The notes under the pieces were generated by a model. That model ran no database searches, was not told the origin of the DNA, and saw nothing but the letters and a program-made list of their open reading frames with translations. Position numbers and translations under genes: made by a program. A DNA stretch of 64,000 nt, taken from Basidiobolus meristosporus CBS 931.73. Lineage: Eukaryota > Fungi > Basidiobolomycota. The stretch is taken from the NCBI GenBank assembly GCA_002104905.1, contig MCFE01000015.1:186001-250000 (forward strand). Direction: 5' to 3'. This document shows positions 1 through 14,227 of this stretch, piece after piece. Each line of letters opens with the position of its first letter. The first letter of the stretch is position 1.

Positions 1-1119
1 CTGGTCACTCGTTACTGGCTCCCCCTGACCATTGGATACACTACGCTAAGCCTCACAACATCCACTGTGTTTGCTCACAAAGCTAGCATAGAGTTGTGGT
101 TGACAGAGTCTCAGGCCACAATCCACGATTTCTTGTATGACTGGGTTTTCGTTCCGATGAAGCGGATTTGGGACACAATCCGACATAGAGAGCAACGGCT
201 GACCATCATGGGCCCCGAATCTTTGAATAGCGACTTTGAGGTTCGTTAGCATACCAATCAACAAATCGCTTGGTTTACATGTCCTGACTCGAGATGAATA
301 GTCACTAGAGAGAATGGTGTTGGATTTTGCCAAGAAGCACAACCAGTTGGATGAGGTTCAGTTTAATGAATTGGCTAGCAGAGTTCGGGAGGGTGATCTT
401 TCGGTGGTCTTGCGTAAATATGAGCAGGAGATACAGGTAATTACTTGGCTTGTTCGAATACAAGGAAGTGCACTAAATGGCTCAATTCTTCTACCATTAG
501 AACCCCTTCAAGAGTGCTCTTTTCGGTAAGTTGTAGTGGTAAGGGCTGTGAAGGGGCCGGTTTGCTAATCGTCAAACAATAGGTGATCTTGTCCAAGCGT
601 TGTTGATCCAGGTGCAAAAGACCAAAGTTGATGTTGAGCTTGCAATGTCTGCTTTAGATAAATTGCTACGTTCGAATGAATTGAACTTTGGTTTTATTGC
701 AGTGATACCTTCATTGCTGATTGTGTATGGTGTCTTTCGGTCCATCCGAAGCTCCTGGAGAAGTCGCGAAGGCCTAACTATGTCCAAGACCCATCAGCAA
801 ATACGAGATATCCTAAGGTACAGTTACTTTCCGGTCAGCCTGCTACCCACATACTAACCTCGGGTCCAATAGAGATGTAGAGCGTATTCTGAATAATCAC
901 ACCGGCCCAGAGTCCGCGCTTGATTTCCAGGCACAAGGCCTTTTGCTGTGCGAGCTTCAGCTCCTCAGAGTGTATGCAGACCGTCTACCCAAGAAATACC
1001 GAATTCGCCAGAAGTTCCTGAGCGATTTGCGCGAGTTGGAATCCACCAAATACACGGTTAGACAGCGATTGAATACCATGAACCGGATGTATCGAACATA
1101 CAAGTTCTTGAGGCCTTGA
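1..1119 (+). CDS. NCA2: Nuclear control of ATPase protein 2 (NCA2 family), 5'-truncated by window edge, multi-exon
   Basis: Spliced exons give WLTESQATIHDFLYDWVFVPMKRIWDTIRH...MVLDFAKK...GDLSVVLRKYEQEIQ...LIQVQKTKVDVELAMSALDKLLRSNELNFGFIAVIP, which I recognise as the NCA2 C-terminal region. GT-AG introns; stop TGA at 1117-1119. Confidence 0.85.
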
Positions 1120-1446
1120 TGCATTCCCATTTTATAAAGTTCACTGCATATTCATCACCACCAACTCTGATTTAATATCCCTGTATGTAAAGCATTTGAT
1201 TATACTAATGCCGATTTAGTTATTGGGTTCTAGATTAAGGATATAAATTGAGCGTTGGTCATACAATAGAATCACCTTCTCCTAACGCTAACTACAAAAC
1301 GATTGTCTGTAACAATACTGGTCACAAGCAAGATTGAACACCCACCTTTGTCTCGAAACCCTGTTTGTTCGTAAACCACCTTTATCCCCGTTCACTTGCG
1401 ACCACTTCTATATAGTCTGCTTATTGTTTGACCTGTATCATCAGAG

Positions 1447-4400
1447 ATGGCGGAACCAGGAGGGGGCTCGTCTACCGACCCAAATGAAGCTTTTATAACC
1501 TTTCTCATATACTGCCTGGTAGTGGTCACTGTTGTTTTATTCTTTCTTTTCTACGTGAATCGAGTGTTTGCGCAGATCCTATCAAAGTTAATTAGTATAT
1601 ACACCTGGAAGAAATACCGAGCATATTTCGAAATAGGTAGGGAACCACAACCTGCTTCTTTCTGAACCTTAATACCCGACCGAGTTGCTAATATTTGGCC
1701 TTCCTCGCTATTGCAAACTAAAAGACGCACTTCAATTTTCGTTATTGGGGGGAAGAGTACTATTTAAAAACTTCCGCTACTACTCGAGAAACCAATCGAT
1801 CTTCATATTACAAGGACACATCACCTTTCGATATTGGTTTCTGAGGGTTCGAGAGGAAAAAAATACAGAAAACTCGTACGAATCGAGCATTCCGGATAAC
1901 CCTGCTGCGCAAGAACGCCGTGAAGGTGCTTACTTTAAAAATTCCTTTATTTCGACCATTTGACTGACTCGATTCTATCCGGTACCATTTATCTAGTTAA
2001 AGAGCTGCCCTGCAGAATCAAATGCGAGATTAAGGGTTTAGAATGGTTCATGTATAACCGCACCCCTGTGTATGACATTCTGGAGAATATTATCAACCCA
2101 TCACGAGATAGCTCCGTCCTACAAGGCTTTGCCTGTGGCAATAGCGAGGAAAATATTACAGGTTAGGGGATTTTGACAGATACAACAACAGAGTTTAGGC
2201 TAATCCCACTTGAAAGTCAACTTCGATGGCGACACACCGCCGGCCGAGACAGAATCCAGCTTGTTTAGAAAACTGCTGCCAATACAATTTGATTGCGATA
2301 TTGGTTCCATTACCATCGGAAATAACGATCTACCTACAATATTGATCTCTAGTTTCTCCCAGGCCACTGGGGTATATTCCGCTGCAAAGGTACATATCTG
2401 TAAAACGAACTTTACCCACATTTACATTCAGGCATGCTTACATCTCATGCACACATAGCCCAGCTCTCCACTTGATTATTATAAATCGGTTCTCAACATG
2501 GACGTCATTAGTCCCAAAATCTCATGCCGAATCAATGTAGACTACAACGACAGGGGTATGTCCTACCCTCCGTTAACCGAGTATAATCTGGTTGTTTAAC
2601 GCTTATTTTGAAGACGGCCGAACAGAGAACGAAAAAGCGGAGCTCTTGGCTCAAGAGTATGCGCGAGTTTCAACTGTAGTAGAGTGCTCCGAGCTTTACT
2701 TCAATTATTACGCAGATGTCCCTGGGCCAGTTCCGTACCATTCCCGGTTGGAAATCGACCCGAGCGAGATAGATATCGGGAATGGTGGACCGCCGCCACA
2801 ATATGGAATTCACTTGATCTTTAAACAAGGCATTGTACACTATGGCCCATGGACCGACCAGCAACGCTCCATCATGCAGAATTATTTCTTTCCCAATTCG
2901 TATCGCGACCTCGAAAAGACGACCCCGCTACAACATGGCTGTCCACGTGTCCATACTGAACTGAAAATGTTTATCCAGTTAGATAAGGATATAACGATAC
3001 GTGTGCCATTCCGGGAATCTTCCAAGGTAATTTAGACTCTTTCAGAATACGATCAAGACTGAGCTAAAGCATCCACCTTAGAACTGGAAATACACCGCAG
3101 CCAATAGCGCCTATTACGGCGCTCGTAGCCCTCGTCCCTATGGGTGGATTGACTTGAAATCATCAGGCTTCTACATCGATCTATCCGTTCCTTTGGTAGT
3201 AGGAGGAAATGGCTACGCTACTATGGTAGATGTGCGATGCCAGGACCTTGAAGTGGCTACTAGTACCAACTACGCGGCTATGCTGCAGTCACAGAACTTC
3301 CATGTCAGTTACTTTCGGTCATCGCCGGTGATTTTATACTAACCGAACCATTCATTCCAGATTCATTGCGTGTTGCAAAACCCTCTCATATGGAATCAGA
3401 TCCGCACTTGGGTTTTTGACCTGAGCTTTGACAAGACGAAATTATACCTTCTGAGAGATCAGATTACTCTTTTACAGGATATGATCAAAGATTGGACCGC
3501 AGGTCCTTCAGTGGACTTCGCCCACTTCGTCCCCATTGAATATATCTATAAGATGATTTTCGACGAGTTGGAAGTTAACCTCTATGTCAACGAGCACAAC
3601 ATCATCAACGACCCGAGTGACCTAGAAGATAATGGTGAGTTTTTGGTTCTTGCGCGCCCTGTCCTCCGGTCTAACCTTGCTCCTGTAACCAGCTATCCTG
3701 ACACTGGCAACGTCACGCCTTGATGCTGCAATCATCACTCCCTTTGGAAAGTACGAACCAAAAACAAACAACATCGAATTCTCCGTCAACGTAATCTCCC
3801 AAATTGAGCCTTCTTTGAGCACAGACATTAATACCAGACCTGATGATTAGATGCAAAAAAACTTTGTCTCGTTGGCTCTACCAACCTCTCATACAGCTAG
3901 CGCCTTCCTCCCAAAGAGAACTCATAGCATTGGAAATGTCAAAGGATTCGTCATCGACGGAAATTACGAATACTACACGAAGGTCGACCCAACCCATTTG
4001 GACACTCTAACACTCAACATCAAGGTAAGCCCTTCCTGACAAGCATCACCATCCTCCCAGCAATAGCTGATTTCGCAAATTACCAGCTCGTCAAACCGAA
4101 TGTGCAGCTCTCTGGTTTATTCATCAAGCATCTGATGATCGTGAAAGATAACTATCTAGGAGCCTTCAACAATTTCCTGACATTTGAAGAGTACAGGTCG
4201 AGGATTGACACTTCATTTGATCGGGTTGAGCAAACCAATGCTCAATATCGAGCCAAGGTATTGATTTAGTCTTCCACAAGTAATTGCCTACCGGACATTC
4301 ATTCTCGCTCTACAGAGCCCCGAAAACCCCTACGAGGTATTCATAAGACTCATGATCGAGGATTTGATATTGAAGCTGCCGGAGAACCTGTATGCTTGTG

Positions 4401-7400
4401 AGGATTTCTTGGAGCTCTACGTTCAGGAATGCCAAGTCGAAAACCGGGCCACAGACTTTTATCAAGGTACATTTACGCCAGCATTATCTTTCTAGCCGCA
4501 AACGAACACAACGGAGCTTACCACAACACTTCCCGATTTAGATCTGTATGCCACTACGACACCGGTTTTTGTGACGAAAGGTGGGCCGGGTATTTCTGCG
4601 TTGAGCAAGCAAAAGTTATCTCGGATTCAAAAAGATCGTCAAGACATCTTGTACACCGAGGGTTAGTTGGCATCAGCTTCTGTTGGATTCTCATGAAATA
4701 GCACTGAATGCCGCTTCTCTACATAGACATCACGATCCATGCGCATCGTATGTTTGGGCCTTTGCCTCATACAAACACTTATGTTTGTGATTGGAAACTC
4801 GACTTCGGAAGTGTGCTGGGTAGAGTCGGCCCAAAATTCCTGGCCGGCTTCGGCTCGTTTCTGGATTCGTTTGTGTTCAATTACGTCGATCGAGAAAACA
4901 CCTTCCCCTCGGAGTTTCAGATCCCACCGTTCCCTGATCTAACTCTGCTAAAGGTCGGGATCGCTGATCTGGACTTCGTCGTGTGGGCAGGTGGAAGCGT
5001 CTCCCAGTTGCTGATCAAAGATGGGATTCGAATCGATTTCAACAACCTGGTCAACGAGGTGTACAACAGCAAGGCCTATATATCGATCCCAGAGCTGATC
5101 ATTCGATTCATGACGGTATCAGATAAGCAGGATGGGCAAATGTATTCCGATGCGGAAAACGAGGAGATTCCTTGGGTGGAGGTGGCTAGTATCGAGACCG
5201 CATTAAACATCAGCACATACACAAACACTCCAGATTGGAGAGTGAGGCGACAAAAGCAGCGATCATTTGTTAGGCACGAAGATAGAGAGACGCTCAGATG
5301 TTGCTTTGTTTACGAAGACGATACGAGCACTATCTATGAGACCTCTTCCACTAAAGCAGCCAGCGACAACCACCTGAATGGCTCATATCTCCCTCCTCTC
5401 ATATCGACTATTCTCGAAGGGTTCAATGAACCCTCTCTGGGCATAAACTTTGATTCCGCCACAAATGGTTTGTCGACCTTTTTCCCCGATTCTCAAAACA
5501 TCTCCCTTCATGAAGATATCAAGGCATTCTGGCCAGCCTGCGATTCACCTACTGAGATAGACGCGGAGTTCGATTTCGACGAAAGCCAGCAGAACAAGGT
5601 AAACAGCTATCTCGACGCACATTCCCTTAACTATTCCGGCTCGTCAAGGGCTGGCTCCATGTTGTCCCGCTGGGATGGTGCTACCAATGATCGAATCAGC
5701 TCGTTTTACCAAAATGGCGCGGCTGACAGTGACTCGGACGTCAGCTACTATATGAATGAGTCGGACGAAGAGGAGAGCGAAAAAGATACGCTAAACAGCC
5801 AAAGAGAGGGTAGATCTGTCCCCCCTAAGCCCGTGTCAATACCTTACTACAAGTACCTTAAAAGATACAAAATGACAGACGATTCAAAGCGGGACATGGC
5901 CGAAGGGAATATTCGACTAAAGCCGCCTTGTACGATGTTTACCGACCTCTCGGAAGCAAACACAGAGACTTCTGCATTCTACCGGTGTAGCTCCAAAGGA
6001 TCTTTCCAAGGCCAGGGCAATTCACCGATATCGGCATGGCTTCGCCAGCAAGATTCTACCATTAGGGATACTTCTGATGAAGCCGAGCAATTTGCCGAAT
6101 CCGAGTTTGAAAACGCGATGGTTCTCGAGTGCCCTGACCGTATCAAAGTATTGATCACACCGGTATTCTTCAAGATAGTACAGGATTTGGTACAGTCGAT
6201 GGATGAACAGGTTTGAATCTTTCTATTGAAGATTTTCTCGCGGCACAGATCAACTGAACCTTTGTTTCTCATTAAATCAGGAGTGGAGCATTGAAAGTAT
6301 CCTGGATTCTATACAGATCGACAACGTCGTCAAACCCTTAAGGTTGGAAAATTTGCGATGTAGAAGTATGAAGTACTTGATTGGAATTCCCAGAGTCCAC
6401 CTCCATTTGATCCAAGACGTGACTCTGCCAGATGACTTCACATCCAACCGGGAGGAATTCCCATATGCTCGCACAAGATATGATCTATCTGATACACTAC
6501 TCTCCACTATGGACGTCGTACTAGACGACTTGATGCTCAACGTTTTCGTCAAGAAGAAGATGGCTCATCCGGAAAGCCATGAAGAGATGGTCGTTGTCGA
6601 CTCCAAGGTTTTGTTGGACTTCAGTCAGTTGAGGGTCAATCTGCGCTTTGTCGGCATCGGTATATTTGGTATATCGGAGACGCGGCTTAAAAAGCTCCCG
6701 TTAGATTTCATCAGCTATTCGGAGAATGAACCAGTTGTGCTGGACCTACTGTTCGATCGTTTTCATTTGGAGTGGCTAGGTAACAAAAAGCCGAATTCCT
6801 TTACAGCGTTGCTGGAGGATTTCTCCGCCATATTCCTTCACGAGGCGGTGGAGATCGTTTTCGGGGCAGCGGCATCCTGGCTGGCCTTTGCGAATGATAT
6901 GAAATCTGTGCTGTCGATGTTCCAAAAGAAAAAATCCAAGCGGGTTCAGTATTTGGTCGCCACCATATCCGATTATTCGGCAAGAAATACTATCGGCCCC
7001 GACCCAGCGTTCCTTTCCCGTGTATCAGGAGTTCGGAGATTGGGTGCCAAGGAGGCGTTCGTCAACGACAGCTGGAGGCTGATGGCCCGCATTCGACATT
7101 GCTCACGCTCCATGACCCACGATTCTATGAGGAGACTCAAGAATTCGCTACGTGACCAGGAGATTGAGAAGTGGAACTTGGATTCAGTACTACACGCGGT
7201 GACCACGAATTTTTCCAAATGGAGGTTCTGGGAATTCGAGAAACTCGAAAGCTGCTTGTTGCTCACAAACATCTTTGGTCGAAAGGAGAGTTCTCCAAAC
7301 GATATAGATGCCGTCATCATCGAGTTTTTGCGGTCGTCAGAGAACTGCTTAGGGATCAAGTTCAACCGAGTCAGTTTGTTCATCTACGGAGAGAACGAGA

Positions 7401-10400
7401 CTGAAGATAACTCCATGGTCGTTGGACCGGTACAGATCGACTCGGAGACCGATTATCTGGACAATACCAGTGCTGTGTATGTTGCTGACGAAGAGAAGAC
7501 GTATGGTCAATCGTCTCGAGAGACGCTGGATTCCTTTGTCAACCTCTTCCTCTGCGCAAAGATTCATCAGATCGACATTGTACTGAAGCCAACACTACTC
7601 ACGTTTGTCAAGCATTTGCTTCATGTGAACCGATGCTTTAGTCCTGTGTTCGACTCGTTTTCTGAGGATGAGAGCGTATCAGGCAGCGATCAGTTGATCG
7701 AGCCAGGTGACGGATTCGACATTACTCGACTGATATCAAAGCTGCGCTTCTCAGCACACGCCATGCTCTTTCTGGACCACATCAATGTTACGGCCACTGT
7801 CGAACACTGGATAACTCAGCTCAAATTTGACTCTATCAAACTAAATGGGATCTCGCATAACCTGCTAGTCAAGCCCAGCCAATCTACCAAGAAACCGATC
7901 GCTCCGGAGACTGTGCGCATCCCGATCTTTGCCGATGCATCGAGTTCGATTGATTCCCTATCGTTAACTCTTCAAGAACGCATCATGACCGAAAACCACA
8001 AGCAACATACTCAGCTTCTCTCGTTCGATACCCACGGAATCGGAGTCAACGTCGCATTCGACAACTCCAAAATAGCCCGGCACAGAAAACTCACGGATAG
8101 CAGCGAGCCCAATTACCTCAACGTATTTGTGAAAGTGCGAGGATTGTCCCTCAAGGTCCCACAGAACCTAATCAAGCTGTATCACTTCGTTGAAAAGTGG
8201 AAAACCGAGAATCTGCCAAATTACGATTTCTTGATCAATCGCTTGATAGCAGAGTGGGAAAGCCACAAAAGTACCTTCCCGATCAAGACCCAGTCGGAAA
8301 AGGTTCACCACCACAGAACCAGCCTGAACCCACTTGGTTTGAAGCTGCAGTTTTTGCTCAAGCAGATCACATTCCAAAGCGATGTGACGCCGTCGCTGAA
8401 TTTCCAGTACGACATCCTGGACTTCCTGGGGTATCTGCAGAGCAATTCTATCGAACTCGACAGCAAAAAGCCTGGATTTGATCTTAGCTACTCAGTCCAG
8501 ATTCTCAAGCAGAACGTGCAGTTCATCACGAAACACAAAGTGCCAACCCATGCTAGCACCGGTAATGAGAATCCCCGCGACTTACACCAGCAAATCGCCA
8601 CCTTCTCCATACCAGCTATACGCTCGGAAGGTCGAGTAGAAACTGTAAACGATCGTAGCAAACTCGAGTCCATCGTTATCATCGACTTTATCAGATTGAC
8701 GCTCAATGCAAACCTCATTGACCAGCTGTTGACCACACACACTTTGCTGAGCAGTGAGTTCAACGACGTGATCGACGTATTCCTCTACTCCACCAGAAAA
8801 ATTCAGGAGCGACGCACGAGGTTGAACGTGCAACCGTCCAACTCGGAAGAAACCCCGAAGAACGCATTGCTGTTCACGAACAAGATCTCCTTCAAAGGAC
8901 TTCGAATCGCGGCGGTTAGCCCGGTTGCGGTCATACTTTTCGAGTCGGACGTCCTGCACGGGTTTGTGTCGAATCTGAAGAACTCCAATCGAGTCAAACT
9001 TGAGCAAGCCGCAGCACCGCTGTCGTGGAAGATATTCGCCAACAAGTTCTCCATCTCCCTGAATCACAACGCGGGCAATATGAGCGATTACATGGAGAGC
9101 ACTGTGTCGCGTGATGACCCGAGCGTGCTGAAGTACCGTATGGCCTTCATCTTGATGGACTTGGTGATGCAGAACTGGAACCCGGAGCCGAAATGCGACG
9201 GAAATGACCAGCGAGGCAAGTCCTCAACAATGGAGTCTTTCTTCATCAAGTTCCTGAAGCTGCATGCGGTCATGCAGCCCATTGCGCTGGGCAAATCCGC
9301 CGATCTGTATATCTACGTGAGCCAGGAACTCGCTCGTAGAAAGGAGATAAAAACGCTCCAGATTCGGAAATTGACGCAGGATACCAAGCGTATACTTCGG
9401 TCGCTGGATGTCGAAGTGCCCAAATACAAGGACAATGGCCGCTCGTTCTTTGAGGATAAGCTACTATCAGTGCAGATCAATAAGCTTGCCATCGCTATTC
9501 CACTAGAGAAATATGAAGATATCGGCTCATCCATCTCCACCACTCCGTCTTCGCAGCACAAGTTGCGTAGCAAGCCAAAGCACCCGACTGCCTTTTTGTT
9601 TACTGTCAGATACATCGATCTATCCACCAAAAAGCTGGAGAGAAGTCACGGCCTAGTAAACGACCTATGCCTTCAGTTCATCCCACAATTTGATCAGAGC
9701 AACGAGAAGTTCTTTTCCCAGGCTCAACACACCAAGATGAATAGAGTGCTTCTGCCGGTAATTGGATGCAAAGTATATTCACAAATCAGCGCGACCAAGC
9801 ACAAGATCCAAATCGATGCCCACGTCGAAGGATTCGAGATCGATATCGAGCCAACTGTTGTGGAGCATATCAACAATCTGGAGGATATCTGGCTGAACAA
9901 CAAGCTGAAGTTCAGCACGCTGGCCAACGAGAATGCCGCCTCGAATCCACAGCACCGACCCAACTCCCTAAGCCATGATGTGCTCACTCTCAAGGATGAT
10001 ACCGGGTCTAGTGCCTTACATATGGTTTCCTTAGAGCTGGAAACAAGCTTTAGCTTTAGTAGTGGAACATGCCGGTTTTATCCGAAGACCTCGAAGTCGG
10101 TCGTGCCAGACCATCTCTCCACGAAAAGCACCTCAGACAATGGCACGCCGATAGATTTGGGAATTGGAGTTCTTGTGATCCCTGGGTTGACCCTCCATTT
10201 CGTGTTTATCACGCCAATTGGGGAATACGCCAGATCGGTCATCGACCCTTCAGCTAGGCGTATCTACCTGGAGATCATGATACACCCAAGCGAGAACATC
10301 GTCTACCCATCAGCGATCCCATTCATCAAAGATATCCTGTCCGGCCTAAAGCTGGGTGTTCAACGCTCGAGCGAAAAGAAGCATGTGACAAAGGTCGAGA

Positions 10401-12358
10401 ACCCGTCCTCGGTCATTCAAGAATTCAAGGTCTCTGTGTACCTGCGACTCTCCCAGACGAGATTCGACCTTAGCTGTCAACCAGCTTCGAAGGTTGCTCT
10501 ATCATTGCTCTGGGAAGAAGGGAACTTCCTCATGTCCTCTGGGAATGAGAACGGCTACCAGGGGATCACGTGCACAGGCAACATCAAAGGAGCCTCTGTA
10601 GTCGTTCAGCATGCCTTCTCACCCGAATATTGTTTACTGGGAGAAACCCGAAACGCTTTGTTCAATATGACCATCATGAGTCGCAATGACAGCACCGCCA
10701 AAGAAAACTCTGTCTCTGCGGTCGCGCAAATCTCGGAGATTCGAGGGGATTTCAATATGCGACATTTCCAGGACTTCTTACTGTTCAAGAATGTTTGGCT
10801 GGATCGGTCCATCGACCAATTCACAACCAAGGATGAAGAGCAGGCCATAGCAGTAAATGGAGAAGTTCATCCCTCGGAGGATACTGAATCGAGCGAGACG
10901 GCCGAGCACCCCAAGCCATTCTCCGTTTTCGTCACCATCTCGTTGAAGCATATTGATATTGCTGGGGATTTAGGACAAGCGATTGGCAAGGTGTACTTCT
11001 CTACAGAAAACATCACCTTCAATACCACGCTGGTTCCGGATGCCTTCAGATCTTTGACATCCACGGTAGGACGCATAGAGCTGAAATCGGAGGGCAGACT
11101 GAAAGGAAGCGCCACGCTCGATGAGCTTCAGGTTGTGCTTCATGTCAAGAACTTGCCTGCAGTCATCGAGAATTCTGCAATACATAATTGGGTTAATGTT
11201 CAGCTAACGCTTGGGCGAATTGCAACCACCTTCGAGTATGAGTACCAGCGTATACTGGTTGCCGAGATCGATCCCATTGTCCTTCATCTGAGAGACCAGT
11301 GGGATAACGTCAACTCTGAGGAAATGAAAGTCAACATCCACTTAAGTTTGACGCTAAAGGAAGTGGAGATTGTCTCTTCAATCAAAACGCACCCGGTGTT
11401 CATAAGCATCGGGAACAAACTGATCATGGTTATTGAAGAGAAACGCCGACTTGCCTTTGATAGCATGGCTTCGACATACTTCGTGGAGGGCAACTCGAAG
11501 GTAAAGCCGCGTCCACCGGCCGAATCAACCGCCAACCCCAATGACCTCCAGAAGCAGTATATCATGATTGGCAAAAAGATGATCTCCCCAGTGGGGGAAC
11601 TCTCGCTGACACTAGAAAGGGCGCGGGTTACAATCTACCCGAACCGGTTCTCCGACAATGATTTTGTTCAAGGAAGACTGGAAGGCCTAGGCATCGTGCT
11701 GAATAGAAGCATCGCCTCGGACAGGAAGATCCACCGCTCGCTTATCCTCAAATTCGCCACCGTGGCGGTCTCCAAGAATCGATGCAAAAAGCTGGAATTG
11801 CAAGACGAAAACCGGCTGAGCATCAGTGAGTGGATCCGGCATATTTCGGAGAGCTCTTCCAAGAATATACTCTACCTTCCAAGCACCAAGATGGAAATGC
11901 TAACGCAGCAGCTCTTTGACAGTCTAGTCATTGAGCATCAATTCTCCACGCAGTTTGTGGGAAGGGTGGATATTGCGCTCAATTTCACCTTGTACAAATA
12001 CCTCATGGAGCTGGCATCGCTGTACAATCAAATGAGAAGCAGCACGCGCAAACCCTCCGACACCCTAAAGCAAAGAGGCGCTCCTGCCGAGGCAGACCAG
12101 AAAACGGAACCTGCCAATTATTCGGATAGAACGCCCGACCCAGCAGCGAAGGAACTTATTTTCAAGGCCGTAGAGCCTATCCGCTTGGATCCCCAACTAA
12201 AACTTATGGGCGACGCTACGCCACCGCTGGAGTGGATTGGCGTCCAACGTCAAAAAGTTCCCGAAGCCATACACGACCATGTCACCTCGAATCTGGACGA
12301 ATTCCTTCTAGCGGTTCAAAGTCTCTATGTTGAGCAATTATCCAAAGGTGCCCATTGA
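1447..12358 (+). CDS. CSF1: Csf1/BLTP1 (KIAA1109/Tweek-like) bridge-like lipid transfer protein, multi-exon
   Basis: N-terminal TM anchor followed by SLLGGRVLFKNFRYYSRNQSIFILQGHITFRYW; HAHRMFGPLP motif; C-terminal LDPQLKLMGDATPPLEWIG. More than 10 short introns in the 5' half and a ~6-kb terminal exon. Confidence 0.93.
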
Positions 12359-12524
12359 AGTGTTTACTTGGCTCTCATCCCTAAGTGTATTAATAGCGTA
12401 CTGCGATATATATATATATATACATACCCCACTCTAATACTTTGATAATACAATACAAACTACGCTAGCACCATGATGCTTTCGATCCCGTCGTTTTTGA
12501 TTTCTTTATTTCACTCCACTACAC

Positions 12525-12870
12525 GAACCGCTTCTTCGCGGCAGTAATAGCTCTATGCAAGTGCGAGCCGGGGCTATCGGGCAGCAACCCCCACATCAGA
12601 AAACTCTAGCAGTGGTTATATTTGAGATGGATTCGACCCAGACCAGTTATTCCCTAAATAAGGGCATATTATGAAGTGGCGAATACGGGGGCACCAGATT
12701 TTATTTCTGGCCAGCGACACGAAAACCAACCATTCGCTGGGCAGACTCCCAGTGATTTTTAGCTAAAAGTTGGGGTTGCAAGGTACACACCAGGGGAAAT
12801 CCATACGAAGTTGGCAGTTTCTCGGAAAGGCTGTGGGCAGATGCTTCAAATCTCTTTAATGGAGAAATAC
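12525..12870. ncRNA. Candidate structured non-coding RNA, family unidentified
   Basis: Non-coding gap between convergent CSF1 and COA2 with several hairpins (CCGC/GCGG 12528-12541, CCCT/AGGG 12652-12664, CCAGA/TCTGG 12694-12710, CCAGCGA/TCGCTGG 12711-12740) and a long-range GCAACCCC/GGGGTTGC match (about 12584-12591 with 12772-12779). No family motif matched. Confidence 0.25.
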
Positions 12871-12985
12871 TTGGGTACAGGTTTAGGCCGAGGGAAGGCA
12901 AGAATGAGGGTAGCGGGGGAGGGAAGGAGTGTATATCGAAGTTCACTTGATATGGGGCCAGGTGGTTTGGACGAAATAAAGGGCT

Positions 12986-13213
12986 TTATAGTTGCGAAGC
13001 AGGTGTGGAATCCTTTTGGTCCTGTATTACGGTAAGGGTGGAGGACTTGGACACTTCCACCATTTGCTCCTCTTCTGCGTACATGTGCATACGATCTGAA
13101 GCGGGACAAGGTAATACAGTGGGGGCGGCAACGGTGAACACTGAGCCAACGGCTACCGAGAAGAACAAATACGAAGTGATTCGCTGTCGTTGTGCGTACG
13201 ATAGTGTTCTCAT
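12986..13213 (-). CDS. COA2: Cytochrome c oxidase assembly factor Coa2-like small protein
   Basis: 75 aa from a true ATG: MRTLSYAQRQRITSYLFFSVAVGSVFTVAAPTVLPCPA. The basic N-terminus, hydrophobic stretch and VLPCPA match my recollection of yeast Coa2 (LFxS...SVAIGSVLPCPA). Confidence 0.7.
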   Translation of the reverse strand: MRTLSYAQRQRITSYLFFSVAVGSVFTVAAPTVLPCPASDRMHMYAEEEQMVEVSKSSTLTVIQDQKDSTPASQL

Positions 13214-13617
13214 GTTACGTTTCTAGCTTGTAGGTTAGGTCCCTTTCCGTCAAAACGATGTCTCTACACGCCTTGCTGTTCAGGAAGTTGACAGAGAAAC
13301 CCCAAAATAAGAGATTCAAGGTACGGACTACTTCAGACCGCCGCCCATTTGGCAATCTACTTTACCTCAGTTTTCCAAACTGATTGGGGTCTCTGTCACA
13401 CCAATAAGAGCCACCACTGCCAAAAATTCTTGGGGCTAATCGAATCTTGGCAAAATCCCCTCATCTTTTCGAAACGGTCAGCTCGACCCTGTTTATTTTC
13501 AAGCTTAAGCTAGCCACTGGAATATCGGTCAGTGCCTCGTTGAGCAATATGATGTGGTGGTGATATTCTCATTAAATGATTTATAATGGTGGATTTTTTA
13601 CAGCGGGATTGGTAGGC

Positions 13618-14021
13618 TTATTCCTTGAGTTCGAACTCTTTGATGGTCAGCGTAACCAAATGCAGGAACTCCAAGAACGAATTGACCGCCACGCGCAACA
13701 TACGCACCGTATGGCATTGGAAAGTGCTATGAATCCAGTTGAAAGGGGTGAGCCTTCTTTCGGCTGGGAGAGTGAGATTGTGTAGCACTTACACTAGGAG
13801 CTGGTTATCCTTCACCTCAAGCTCGCGCTTGACCTGATCCTCCTTTAGCTCCTTGTCGACATTAAGAGTACGTCTGGCAATGTCTGCCTGTTGAGGGGAC
13901 TCAAAGGCAAAAGAAAGATTCCTAACATGCAGGGAAGATCGTTCCGGTTAGCAGTGATTTCGAGAAGTTAGATCTGTTGAGCAACAGCATACATGGTGTG
14001 TTCCCAATTTGTGGTGGACAT
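13618..14021 (-). CDS. PCC1: EKC/KEOPS complex subunit Pcc1/LAGE3 (3 exons)
   Basis: Not in the ORF track. Spliced by eye (GTATGC and GTAAGT donors): MSTTNWEHTM|NLSFAFESPQQADIARRTLNVDKELKEDQVKRELEVKDNQLLV|TFQCHTVRMLRVAVNSFLEFLHLVTLTIKEFELKE*. Confidence 0.9.
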
Positions 14022-14227
14022 GATGGGTAGCTCTGCTGCTGCAAACGATACTGGCTTGGTAGGTGAGAGGTAATCAAACAATCCCTTAAGTTTAATTGAA
14101 TTCAGGTCAAATAGAATAGGTTGTTCACAGGTTTACTTCGGAAAAAAATCCTCCATATTGATCGCATATATTCATCGAGATTTAATAAACATCATTGGCT
14201 TCCACCATCAACACGGCCAATTCAACC

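Noticed and set aside
6801-11862. Numerous 60-160 aa antisense or off-frame ORFs over CSF1 (and likewise over the M16 and FHIP genes)
   Set aside because: Shadow ORFs of long coding exons, mostly with non-ATG starts and no motifs.
12605-12640. tRNA gene (A-box-like TAGCAGTGG, B-box-like GATTCGACCC)
   Set aside because: The boxes are too close together and no cloverleaf can be formed.
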